The position numbers and the translations under genes were made by a program. A stretch of 16,279 nt of DNA from an uncultured bacterium (GTDB taxonomy: Bacteria; Lernaellota; Lernaellaia; Lernaellales; Lernaellaceae), in NCBI GenBank assembly GCA_964534375.1, contig CAZHPN010000144.1, forward strand, positions 1-16,279, written 5' to 3'. Shown here piece after piece: positions 1-8,157 of the stretch (positions within the stretch are counted from its first letter, which is position 1; each line of letters opens with the position of its first letter). Under the pieces are notes generated by a model, which saw only the letters and a list, made by a program, of their open reading frames with translations, was not told where the DNA came from and did not search any database.

Positions 1-2
1 AA

Positions 3-339
3 ACGCCGCTACGCCGCGAATTGTCTCTCATTGCGGCCGGCCGGAAATCTGTCGTTCGCAATGTCTCGTTTGAGATTATGGAATTTGAAGTGTCTGATAC
101 GAACATAGACACACCGTTGGAGCGCAAAATGCCGAAGATTCCAGACGACGACGAAGGTTTGATCGGTGTAAAGCCTAAACTGCCGGCGGCCATGGGCCAG
201 GCGCTCCTCGGGAAGGCTAATCCGTTGTCGGCGCACGACCAAGCGGTCCTCAAGGAGGCGCGCCTGCCGCATCGCCGCACTGGTTATCGACAGTGCGAAC
301 GAAATCGTCTCCTTGATGGCGAAAGATGGCTGCCAATAG
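3..339 (+). CDS. Probable 3' part of a hypothetical protein entering from the left edge, possibly frameshifted near 261
   Basis: Frame 3 is open from the edge and protein-like (TPLRRELSLIAAGRK...HDQAVLKEA). After about 260 it becomes R/P/G-rich and would overlap the next gene, while frame 1 reads ACRIAALVIDSANEIVSLMAKDGCQ* (TAG 337-339). Codons are more AT-rich than in neighbouring genes. Confidence 0.35.
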
Positions 340-475
340 GATCGCGCATCTTGGCGGACGGACACGGCCGACCGAAAAACAAGTTCAGATGCGTTGCCCT
401 GGGACGGCGCCCCGGCCCTGGAGGTTCCAGCCCAAGTTCGATAAGATGCCCCGCAACCTCGATGGGGCCTGCGCC

Positions 476-2041
476 ATGCGCCGTTCGAGCCACGCGGTTT
501 TCCTGCTGACGCTGTTGTGCGCGACCGCGGCGGGACGCTCCGCGGCGCATGCGCAAGCATTCGATCCGGTGCTTTCCCAAAAAGCGACGGGCTACACCGA
601 GTTCCTGATTCAGTGGTGCTCGACCGGCCTGGGGGGCGTCAGCGACATCATTTTCACCGACGACACGCGCCAGAGGATCCTGCAGACGTCGGGATCGGGC
701 GACAGCGAAGACTGGACGGCCACGTATCTCGTCACCCAGGCGATTCGTTACCAGATCACCGGCGACGCGGCGGCGCGGCAGGAAGTGCTGCGCATCGCCC
801 ATTACCTGCACATCGTCAAGGACATCACGGGCGACCCGGGCTACCTGGCGCGTTACGCCGCGCCCGACCAGGCGCCGTGGAACGTCGAGACGCTGAACTC
901 CTCGAACCGCTATCTCGGCCAGGGGAAATACGCGGGCGATTTTTGGCTGGGCCAGAACGTCCGCGACAAATACATCACGTGGTTTTGGGGCCTGTCCTGG
1001 GCCTACGACGCCGTCGACGACGCGGACATGCGCGCGACCATCCGCGCCGATTTTCGCGACGTGATCACGACGTTGCGCGCGCACAACTGGGTGATCATCG
1101 ACCCCTTCGGCAACATTTACAGCGGCGCGACGATCACGCCGGATATCCGCCTGTCGATTCTCGTGCAGGCGGCGCACGTCATCGACGAGCCCGATTTCTG
1201 GGAACTGCTGGACGGCCAATATGAGGAAAACGAGTACATCCTCTGGGTCTCGAGCTTTTCTTTCTTCAACCGCTATTACGAATATTTCGCGTTCATCAAC
1301 AATTACTCGAATACGCAGCCGCTCTTTCGCCTCTGGCCGGACCGCCCGCGGCTGGCCCATTTGTTCCGCATCTGGGACGACAATGTTCGCCAGTTTTCCA
1401 ACAGCGGGCACAACCCGTTCTTCGACGCGGTTTATTATCAGGGCTGCCTGCGGCTCGGCGGCTGCGACGCCCAGGAACTCGCCGGCATCAAGACCGACGC
1501 TTACGCGAGCCTGCAGGAGATGTACGACGCGCCGAATTGGCAACGGGCCAAAACCTGCACCACGCTGCCGCTCGACCCGTTTTCGGTCTGGGCGCACCAA
1601 GTGCTCGTGAACAACCCGTGGATCGGCCAGTTGACGGGTTTCGACATCGAGCCGCAGACGCTCGCGGCGCACGAGGTGTGGGACCGCTGCTGGCAATCGG
1701 TGCTGTGGGAAAACAGCCCGTATCACGTTTCCTGCGACGGCGCGGACGACCCGGCGCACACCACGCACGGCGTCGACTATCTGATTGCGTACTGGCTGGG
1801 CGTGTACTACGGCATCCTGCCCGGCGGCGGACCGTACGGCGATGACGAACTCGACGACGACGCCTCGCCCGACGACGACGCTTCGCCGGTCGATGACGAC
1901 GCTTCGCCGGTCGATGACGACGCTTCGCCGCTCGACGACGACGTCTCGCCCGGCGGCGACGACGACTCGGCCGATGACGACGATGCTTCGCCCGCGGCGC
2001 CCGCCCACGCCGGCAACACCGGCGGCGGCTGCGGCTGTTGA
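476..2041 (+). CDS. Secreted protein with a putative alpha/alpha-toroid (six-hairpin glycosidase-like) domain, Asp-rich repeat linker and C-terminal GGGCGC
   Basis: ATG 476 follows GATGGGG and begins a signal peptide (MRRSSHAVFLLTLLCATAAGRSAAHA). Motifs GDSEDWTATYL..AIRYQITGD, ITGDPGYLAR and DYLIAYWLGVYYG resemble an uncharacterised helical-barrel family (fold is inference). GC-rich third codon positions. Confidence 0.8.
   Translation: MRRSSHAVFLLTLLCATAAGRSAAHAQAFDPVLSQKATGYTEFLIQWCSTGLGGVSDIIFTDDTRQRILQTSGSGDSEDWTATYLVTQAIRYQITGDAAARQEVLRIAHYLHIVKDITGDPGYLARYAAPDQAPWNVETLNSSNRYLGQGKYAGDFWLGQNVRDKYITWFWGLSWAYDAVDDADMRATIRADFRDVITTLRAHNWVIIDPFGNIYSGATITPDIRLSILVQAAHVIDEPDFWELLDGQYEENEYILWVSSFSFFNRYYEYFAFINNYSNTQPLFRLWPDRPRLAHLFRIWDDNVRQFSNSGHNPFFDAVYYQGCLRLGGCDAQELAGIKTDAYASLQEMYDAPNWQRAKTCTTLPLDPFSVWAHQVLVNNPWIGQLTGFDIEPQTLAAHEVWDRCWQSVLWENSPYHVSCDGADDPAHTTHGVDYLIAYWLGVYYGILPGGGPYGDDELDDDASPDDDASPVDDDASPVDDDASPLDDDVSPGGDDDSADDDDASPAAPAHAGNTGGGCGC
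1853..1993 (+). repeat. Coding tandem repeat, about 18-21-nt units encoding DDDASP(V/L)
   Basis: Near-identical 21-mers GAYGACGACGCTTCGCCGSTC at 1871-1891, 1892-1912 and 1913-1933, flanked by degenerate units at 1853-1870, 1934-1951 and up to 1993. Confidence 0.95.
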
Positions 2042-2120
2042 TTTCCGGCCGGCGCCGGCCAATATTTGCCTGTCCGCAATCAATGAGCGTTCGGTTGTTC
2101 GTTCGCGAAAGGAATCGGCG

Positions 2121-2507
2121 ATGGCGTTGCTCGGAAACCTGCTGTGGTTCTTTTTCGGCGGCGGTTTGCTGGCCTGCATCGGCTGGACCGTGGCGGGCGT
2201 GCTGTTCGCCGTGACGATCATCGGTTTGCCGTTCGCCGTCGCCGCGTTTCGCATCGCCGGTTTCGCCGCGTTCCCCTTCGGCAAGGAGCTGGTCGACGTC
2301 CGCACGCTCGGCGAAGAACGCCTCGTCGGCACGACGCTGGCCAACGTGCTGTGGGTCGCGTTGTTCGGTCTGTGGCTGGCGCTGGCGCACCTGCTGGCGG
2401 GCGTTTGTTGTTGCCTCACGATTATCGGCATCCCCTTCGGCCTGGCGCATTTCAAACTCGCCGAGGTGTCGCTGGCCCCTTTGGGGAAAAAACCGGTTTT
2501 CCGGTAA
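2121..2507 (+). CDS. yccF: YccF-family inner membrane protein (two DUF307-type repeats)
   Basis: RBS AAAGGA at 2108-2113. Two repeats: GNLLWFFFGG...TIIGLPFA...AAFPFGK and ANVLWVALFG...TIIGIPFG...SLAPLGK. Confidence 0.9.
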   Translation: MALLGNLLWFFFGGGLLACIGWTVAGVLFAVTIIGLPFAVAAFRIAGFAAFPFGKELVDVRTLGEERLVGTTLANVLWVALFGLWLALAHLLAGVCCCLTIIGIPFGLAHFKLAEVSLAPLGKKPVFR

Positions 2508-2534
2508 CGAAATTTTCGAGAAAGGATGTCGCGC

Positions 2535-3536
2535 ATGACCGATGCCAAAAGCGAGGATGTTTCTCCCGTTGAAATCATGACCACGGCCCGCGCCTTCATG
2601 CGCAGCCGCGTGCTGCTGGCGGGCGTGGAACTGGGCGTGTTTACGCTGGTGAGCCAGGGCCAGCGCACGGCCGCGGCGATCGCCGCCGCCGCGCACGCCG
2701 ATCCGCGCGGCGTCGATCGCCTGTTGAACGCGCTGTGCGCCATGGGCCTGCTCGTCAAGCGCGACAACCAGTTCGCCAACAGCGAGGCCGCGGCGCGGTA
2801 TCTGGTCGAGGGCGCGCCGGAGCATCTCGGCGGCTTGCGGCACACCGCGCATCTGTATCGCTCGTGGGCGACGTTGACGGAGGCCGTGCGGCACGGCGGC
2901 TCGACGCTCGCGCCCGGCTCGGGCAATTGGAGCGAGGCCGGCCGGGCCGCGTTCATCGCCGCGATGCACGCCCGCGGGCGCGCCGCGGCCGAGCAAACGG
3001 TCGCGGCGCTCGATTTGACCGATGTCGCGCGCGTGCTCGACGTCGGCGGCGGCTCGGGGCTCTTTTCGATGGCGCTGGCGCGGGCCAAACCGGGACTGCG
3101 CGCGACGGTGTTCGACCTGCCGGAGGTCGTGCCGCTGACGAAAAAGTACATCGCGCAGGAAGGGATGGGCGATCGCCTCGAAACCTTCGCCGGCGATTAC
3201 CACACCGACGAACTGCCGGGCGGCTGCGACTTGATCCTGCTTTCGGCGATCGTCCACAGTTGCTCGCCGGCGGAAAACGAAAGCCTGCTGCGCAAATGCG
3301 CCGGGGCGGCCAACCCCGGCGGACAGGTCGTCGTCTCCGACTTTCTGATGAACGCCGACCGCACCGCGCCGCCGGACGGCGCTTTCTTCGCGCTCAATAT
3401 GCTGGTGAACACGGCGGCCGGCGACACGTACACCGAGGCCGAAATCGCCGGTTGGATGACGGCCGCCGGCTTGTCGGAAATCGCCCGTCGCGCCGCGCCT
3501 GGCATTGCGGGCCTGCTCGTCGGCCGGAAGCGCTGA
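2535..3536 (+). CDS. SAM-dependent O-methyltransferase with N-terminal dimerisation domain (Methyltransf_2, ASMT/CrtF-like)
   Basis: AGGA lies 8 nt before ATG 2535 (alternative ATG 2526). N-terminal SRVLLAGVELGVF...RLLNALCAMGLL, SAM motif VLDVGGGSG, FDLPEV, GDY and LSAIVH. Confidence 0.9.
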   Translation: MTDAKSEDVSPVEIMTTARAFMRSRVLLAGVELGVFTLVSQGQRTAAAIAAAAHADPRGVDRLLNALCAMGLLVKRDNQFANSEAAARYLVEGAPEHLGGLRHTAHLYRSWATLTEAVRHGGSTLAPGSGNWSEAGRAAFIAAMHARGRAAAEQTVAALDLTDVARVLDVGGGSGLFSMALARAKPGLRATVFDLPEVVPLTKKYIAQEGMGDRLETFAGDYHTDELPGGCDLILLSAIVHSCSPAENESLLRKCAGAANPGGQVVVSDFLMNADRTAPPDGAFFALNMLVNTAAGDTYTEAEIAGWMTAAGLSEIARRAAPGIAGLLVGRKR

Positions 3537-3658
3537 CGAACGCGAAATCGGCGGCGCCTTCGGCGTGTCAACTAATTAACGGCCAAAATAGCTGGCGATG
3601 CGGCGCCGGAGTCTTAAGTTTTCTGCGGGAATTGGTCGATCGGGGACGGTGAGGCCAG

Positions 3659-4717
3659 ATGGCTAATGAATTCTTGCCCGTAGCAGCTACGGCGCGTTCG
3701 CGAACTCGTCACGACGAAACGCATGCAGTGACGACGGCCGACGGCTGGCAGTTGTCCTTGCTGCGCTATCGCCCGAAGGGCCGCCATGCGCGCGGCGAGC
3801 CGGTGCTGCTGCACCACGGGCTCGGATCGAGCAGCGACGTCTTCGATCTCGGTCTGGATTGCTGCGATCCGCCGACGCCCTCGCTGGCGCGGTGGCTGTC
3901 GTTCGCCGGTTACGATGTGTGGGTCTGCGATCTGCGCGGCTCGTGGCGCAGCCGGCCGGCCGACGGGCAACGGGCGACGTGGGATTGGTCGGTCGACGAT
4001 CACGTCAACCGCGACGACACGGCGTTTGTCGATTACATTCTCGCGCAGACCAAACGCGAGAGCCTGCATTGGGTCGGCCACAGCCTCGGCGGCATTCTGC
4101 TGCTGTGTTATTGCGCGCTGTACGGCTCGCCGCGCATCGCCTCCGGCTCCGTGGTCGCGGCCGGGTTGGACGGCGGCGGCGCCGGTTCGCTGTACCGGTT
4201 TTGCGCGCCCTTCGGCCCCATCGCCCGGCGCCTGCACCGGATGCCGATGAGTTGGTTGTCGCTGCCGCTGGCGCCGCTGGCCGGCCGCGGCTTGTTCTTC
4301 GAGCAGGCGAACTATGTGCCGGCCAACGTCGCGCCGACGGCCGCGCGGGCGGTGCACCGCTTGATCCAGGACGTGTCCGGCAACGTGCTGGCGCAACTGG
4401 CCTCGCTGTTCCGGCCGGGCGGGTTTCGCTCGCTCGACGGCACGCGCAGCTACGCCGCGCTGGCGGCGAACATCCAGACCCCGATGCTGCTGCTCGCCGG
4501 CGAGAAAGACCATCAATTTCCGCCGGTCGCCATTGCGCGCACCTTCCGCTTGCTGCGCGGCTCGCAGCACAAGACGACGCTGATCGGCCGCCACCACGGT
4601 CAGCGCGAGGACTACGGCCATCAGGATCTATTGGTGGGAATACGCGCCGACCGCGAGGTCTATCCGCGCATACTCGATTGGCTCGCCGCGCATCCGATCC
4701 CCGCGCCCGCGACGTAG
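3659..4717 (+). CDS. Alpha/beta hydrolase (lipase/esterase-like)
   Basis: RBS GGTGAGG. Oxyanion region LLHHGLG, nucleophile elbow GHSLGG, acid in GEKD and His in YGHQDL. Confidence 0.9.
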   Translation: MANEFLPVAATARSRTRHDETHAVTTADGWQLSLLRYRPKGRHARGEPVLLHHGLGSSSDVFDLGLDCCDPPTPSLARWLSFAGYDVWVCDLRGSWRSRPADGQRATWDWSVDDHVNRDDTAFVDYILAQTKRESLHWVGHSLGGILLLCYCALYGSPRIASGSVVAAGLDGGGAGSLYRFCAPFGPIARRLHRMPMSWLSLPLAPLAGRGLFFEQANYVPANVAPTAARAVHRLIQDVSGNVLAQLASLFRPGGFRSLDGTRSYAALAANIQTPMLLLAGEKDHQFPPVAIARTFRLLRGSQHKTTLIGRHHGQREDYGHQDLLVGIRADREVYPRILDWLAAHPIPAPAT

Positions 4718-4768
4718 ACCTTGTCCGTTGCGCTTTTTGCGTGTTTGCCGTGAAAAAAAGGATTTTTG

Positions 4769-5464
4769 TTACGCCCACCCTTCGGCCGCCAGCGCGTCGT
4801 GCAATTCGTCAGGATGATGCCGGCAGTGGAATTCGATGCGGCTGGAGTCGGCGTGGGCCTTGCTGTATGGCCAGCCCTGGGCCATGAGATTTCGCTCGTG
4901 CAATTCGTGCAGCAGCACGAAGCCTCGCTCGTTTTCGACGATGGCGTCGTCGATCCACACTTCGTTTTTCGGCACGAACTCGTACACGTAATCGTGGCCG
5001 CCGGCCGTGTAGTCGATGTCGAACGCGCTGCGCACCAGCCGGCCGTTGACGATGTACACCGAAACGCCGTTTTCGAGCTTTTTCCACAACCGTTCGTGCA
5101 CGTCCTGGCCTTGCGGCAGCTTCTGCCCGCCGGCGGTCATCTTCCGCACGTCGCCGGCGCGCCGCCGCTCTTTGCGCTCTTCCAAATCGGCGGCCACAAT
5201 CGCCTGCTCGTACGGCATGCCGGCGGCCATCAGCCGGTGTTCGGCGAGCAGATGGTCGATGAAAAAGGCGCATTCGTCGTGCTCGGCTTCCTTGTCGAGC
5301 CACAACTCATTCTCGGGGATGAACGGAAAGCGATAGTGCTGGCCGAAATTCGTGAATTCCTCGTCGATGTGGCCGCGGATATACGGCCCGTCGACGATCC
5401 ACACGTGCAGTTTCCCGCGATCCGTCATTTTTTCGACATATGGCGGTTTCAGGGTCGTCGCCAT
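4769..5464 (-). CDS. Hypothetical protein with two tandem homologous domains; the C-terminal copy has a putative HExxE...H metal-binding motif
   Basis: RBS AGGAG before ATG 5464. Residues about 18-100 and 133-215 align without gaps at offset 115. LLHELHE...YSKAH occurs in the second copy. Confidence 0.8.
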   Translation of the reverse strand: MATTLKPPYVEKMTDRGKLHVWIVDGPYIRGHIDEEFTNFGQHYRFPFIPENELWLDKEAEHDECAFFIDHLLAEHRLMAAGMPYEQAIVAADLEERKERRRAGDVRKMTAGGQKLPQGQDVHERLWKKLENGVSVYIVNGRLVRSAFDIDYTAGGHDYVYEFVPKNEVWIDDAIVENERGFVLLHELHERNLMAQGWPYSKAHADSSRIEFHCRHHPDELHDALAAEGWA

Positions 5465-5500
5465 CGTTCTGCTCCTGTTAAGTTAAGCGTTTGCCGTTCC

Positions 5501-5529
5501 AAGATGTCGCCGCGCCCGCCGTTCGTCAA
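5501..5529 (-). promoter_or_regulatory. Putative sigma70 promoter for the 4769-5464 gene
   Basis: Minus strand TTGACG (5529-5524), 17-nt spacer, CATCTT (5506-5501). Confidence 0.4.
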
Positions 5530-5541
5530 GCGGGCGTCGCG

Positions 5542-6531
5542 TCATTCGCCCGCGCGATACGACGCGAGATACGCGTCGAGGCGTTCGTCGAACAGTTCGC
5601 GCGGATCGTAGCCGAGTTCGTTTTTTGCGCGCTCGACCGAAACATCATTGTCGTAAACCAGCGTGTAAACGCCGAGCTTGGTCAGCAGCGGGGGCGTTTT
5701 CGCGCCGGCCGCTTTCCACACGAATTCCGAGGCCGTCGCCAGCGCCTTGGCGAGGCTCGCCGGCACGGCGATCTTCGGCGGCTTGCGGCCGAGCCGCGCG
5801 CACAGCGCGCCGACGAGATCGCGCAGCGTGCGGCGGTCGTCGTCGTCGACGTTGTAGACGCGGCCCCGCGAAACGTCGTTGGCGAGGCAGAGGCGGATCA
5901 CGGCGACGATGTTCTCGACGTGCGTCAGGCCGACGAGCTTGCGGCCCGTGCCCGGATACATCATCACGCCGTGCTCGATCGCGTCGATGATCTTCGGCAA
6001 AAACTGGCGGTCGCGCGGACCCCAAATCATGCCGGGGCGGATGGCGGTGGCGACGATCTGCCCGGCCTCGTGCGCGGCGAAGACCCGCGTTTCGGCGTCG
6101 ATCTTGCTGTCGCAATAATACAGCCCGGTCTTCAGAAACGGCGTCTCCTCGGCCACGGCGATGTGGTCGCCGGCGCCGTCGCCGTACACCGAGTTCGAAC
6201 TGAAATGGAGAAAACGTCGGACGCCGGCGGCGACGCAGGCGTCGATCATGTTCTGCGTGCCGGCGACGTTGGTCCGGAAGTAGTCGTCGCGCGAGCCCCA
6301 CTCGCCGACGTACGCCGCGCAATGCACCACGGCGTCGGCGCCGGCGACCGCCTCGCGAATCGTCGCCGGTTCGAGCAGGTCGCCCTTGATCGCGCGGCAT
6401 TTTTGCAGCGGCGCAATGAGTTTGCTCGGATCGCGGGCGAGCAGCGAAACCGCGTGGCCGTCGTCCTGCAGCGCGACGGCGACATGCGAGCCGGCAAAAC
6501 CGGTGGCGCCGGTGACGGTGATCTTCATCAT
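5542..6531 (-). CDS. NAD-dependent epimerase/dehydratase, extended SDR (3beta-hydroxysteroid dehydrogenase/OleD-like)
   Basis: ITVTGATGFAG Rossmann motif, VVHCAA, NVAGT, HFSSNSVYG, catalytic YCDSK and RPGMIWGPRD. The start overlaps the upstream stop (ATGA, 6531-6528). Confidence 0.9.
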   Translation of the reverse strand: MMKITVTGATGFAGSHVAVALQDDGHAVSLLARDPSKLIAPLQKCRAIKGDLLEPATIREAVAGADAVVHCAAYVGEWGSRDDYFRTNVAGTQNMIDACVAAGVRRFLHFSSNSVYGDGAGDHIAVAEETPFLKTGLYYCDSKIDAETRVFAAHEAGQIVATAIRPGMIWGPRDRQFLPKIIDAIEHGVMMYPGTGRKLVGLTHVENIVAVIRLCLANDVSRGRVYNVDDDDRRTLRDLVGALCARLGRKPPKIAVPASLAKALATASEFVWKAAGAKTPPLLTKLGVYTLVYDNDVSVERAKNELGYDPRELFDERLDAYLASYRAGE

Positions 6532-6974
6532 CGGCCCGCTTGCTTCTTGGGGCGCGCGGGTTTGCCCGCGGCGGCCTTCCGCTCGGCGAAGTACTTCTTC
6601 ATCGGCTCGAAGTAGAAGTCTTTCCAGCCTTGCTTGTAATCATCCGTCTGGCTCTCGGGCGTTTCGCTATGGATCAGCGTCACGCGCGTTCCCGTCGGCG
6701 CCGCCGCCAGGCGCACTTCCAGCCGCGAGTCGGGGCAATCGGCGGCGAACTCGGTCGAGCGCCAGGTCTGCACAATCAGTTTCCCCGGCTTGAGCTCCAC
6801 GTGTTTGCCGGAGATGTAGCCGTCCCACGCGGTGAATTTGCCGCCGACGCGCGGCTGCGAGGTCGCCTTGCCGCCGCCGGTCATCGCCGCATGGGCCTTG
6901 CCGTCGAGCCACGCCTCGTACACTTCTTTCGGTTTCGCCGGAATCGTCGCCGTCAAACGAATGGTGCGTTTCAT
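6528..6974 (-). CDS. SRPBCC/AHSA1-like (Aha1 C-terminal, START-like) domain protein
   Basis: RBS AAGGAGG. EVYEAWLD, GGKFTAWDGYISG, IVQTWR and GWKDFYFEPMK are typical of the Aha1-like SRPBCC subfamily. Confidence 0.9.
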   Translation of the reverse strand: MKRTIRLTATIPAKPKEVYEAWLDGKAHAAMTGGGKATSQPRVGGKFTAWDGYISGKHVELKPGKLIVQTWRSTEFAADCPDSRLEVRLAAAPTGTRVTLIHSETPESQTDDYKQGWKDFYFEPMKKYFAERKAAAGKPARPKKQAGR

Positions 6975-7014
6975 CGTTCCTCCTTATTGAGAATTGGGCC
7001 TTCCGTCTCCGTTT

Positions 7015-7086
7015 CTTATAAGTCGCCGACCTTTTTTGTAAAGTACGAAAAAGCGCTTTTCATCGACCGGGTGTTTCCAGTATACT
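7015..7086. promoter_or_regulatory. Divergent promoter region with a central palindrome
   Basis: Minus strand: TTTACA (7042-7037), 16 nt, TATAAG (7020-7015). Plus strand: TTTTCA (7057-7062), 18 nt, TATACT (7081-7086). Perfect palindrome AAAAGCGCTTTT at 7049-7060. Confidence 0.5.
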
Positions 7087-7116
7087 TCGCCGTCGCTTTT
7101 GAAGGAGCCATTAATA

Positions 7117-8157
7117 ATGAAGACGCGCATCACGGAACTTTTCGGCATCAAGTATCCCATTCTGCTTTCGGGCATGAGTTTCGTCAGCGTCCCGAAATTG
7201 GTCGCCGCGGTGTCCAACGCCGGCGGACTGGGCATGCTGGCGACCGGCACGTTGAACGCCCAGCAGACGCGAGAGTCGATTCAGGAAATCCGCAAGCTGA
7301 CCGACAAGCCGTTCGGCGCCAATGCGTCCCTGCTGTTTCCGGGCGCGGTCGAAAACGCCAAGGTGCTGCTCGAAGAAAAAGTTCCCGTGATCAATTTCTC
7401 GCTCGGCAAGGGCGACTGGATTTGCCGCGAAGCCCACAAGTACGGCGGCAAGGTCATCGCGACCGTGGTCAACGCGCGGCACGCGCGCCGCGCGCAGGAT
7501 TACGGCTGCGACGGCGTCATCGCCACCGGCCATGAGGCGGCGGCGCACGGCGGCCCCGTGACGACGTTCATCCTGCTGCCGCGGCTGGCCAACGAGGTGA
7601 CGATTCCGGTCATCGCGGCGGGCGGCGTCGGCGACGGCCGCGGTTTGGCCGCGGCGCTCGCGCTGGGCGCCGAGGGCGTGGCGATGGGCACGCGTTTCGG
7701 CAACACCGTCGAGAGCCCGGTCGCCGAGAAGACCAAGCAACTCACGCTCGGCAAAGACGTCGACGATACGATTTACTCGACCAAATTCGACGGCCTGCAC
7801 TGCCGCGTCATGGACGCGCCGGGTTCCCGCAAGGCCCTCAAGTGGTACACGAACGGCCCGTGGAATTCGCTGTTCAATTCCTTCGCCATCGCCAAAGAAA
7901 TGAATACGCCGTATTTGAAGCTGCTGGTGCAGACGCTGCGCGCGGGTTTGAAGCCGCTGATCGCGCTGGCGCTGTTGGCCAAGGGCTTCAAGACGTTCCG
8001 CCTGTCGATGGTCGACGGCAACACCGATGAGGGCATTTACCCGGTCGGCCAGACGATCGGCCTGATCGACGACGTGCCGACGACGGCGGCGCTGATCGAA
8101 CGCATCGTCGCCGAAGCGGAGCAGGCGCAGGCGAAACTGACGGGCGCGTTCGTCTGA
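7117..8157 (+). CDS. Nitronate monooxygenase / enoyl-ACP reductase II (FabK)-like FMN oxidoreductase
   Basis: RBS AAGGAG before ATG 7117. MKTRITELFGIKYPI, AAVSNAGGLG, GHEAAAH and VIAAGGVGDGRGLAAALALGAEGVAMGTRF. Confidence 0.9.
   Translation: MKTRITELFGIKYPILLSGMSFVSVPKLVAAVSNAGGLGMLATGTLNAQQTRESIQEIRKLTDKPFGANASLLFPGAVENAKVLLEEKVPVINFSLGKGDWICREAHKYGGKVIATVVNARHARRAQDYGCDGVIATGHEAAAHGGPVTTFILLPRLANEVTIPVIAAGGVGDGRGLAAALALGAEGVAMGTRFGNTVESPVAEKTKQLTLGKDVDDTIYSTKFDGLHCRVMDAPGSRKALKWYTNGPWNSLFNSFAIAKEMNTPYLKLLVQTLRAGLKPLIALALLAKGFKTFRLSMVDGNTDEGIYPVGQTIGLIDDVPTTAALIERIVAEAEQAQAKLTGAFV

Noticed and set aside
326..475. Upstream starts from the ORF track (326, 1785, 7099, 8281, 10959, 11148, 11312, 14233, 15644, 16214)
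   Set aside because: Downstream ATGs have better RBSs and coincide with signal peptides or domain starts.
2021..2120. Canonical MYXO-CTERM, or selenocysteine read-through of TGA 2039-2041
   Set aside because: The sequence after the stop encodes no hydrophobic helix with a basic tail, and I see no convincing SECIS-like hairpin.
284..3151. 955-aa minus-strand ORF and other long overlapping ORFs (1488-3257, 7111-9201, 9488-11269, 12893-14299, 13843-15615)
   Set aside because: These are shadow ORFs of GC-rich coding DNA. They are R/A/P-rich, lack motifs and overlap genes with clear family signatures and RBSs.
3659..4717. PHA synthase PhaC
   Set aside because: The nucleophile is Ser (GHSLG), not the Cys of the PhaC lipase box, and no phaE/phaA/phaB is nearby.
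7117..8157. Gene symbol fabK
   Set aside because: NMO and FabK paralogs cannot be separated by eye, and there is no fab operon context.
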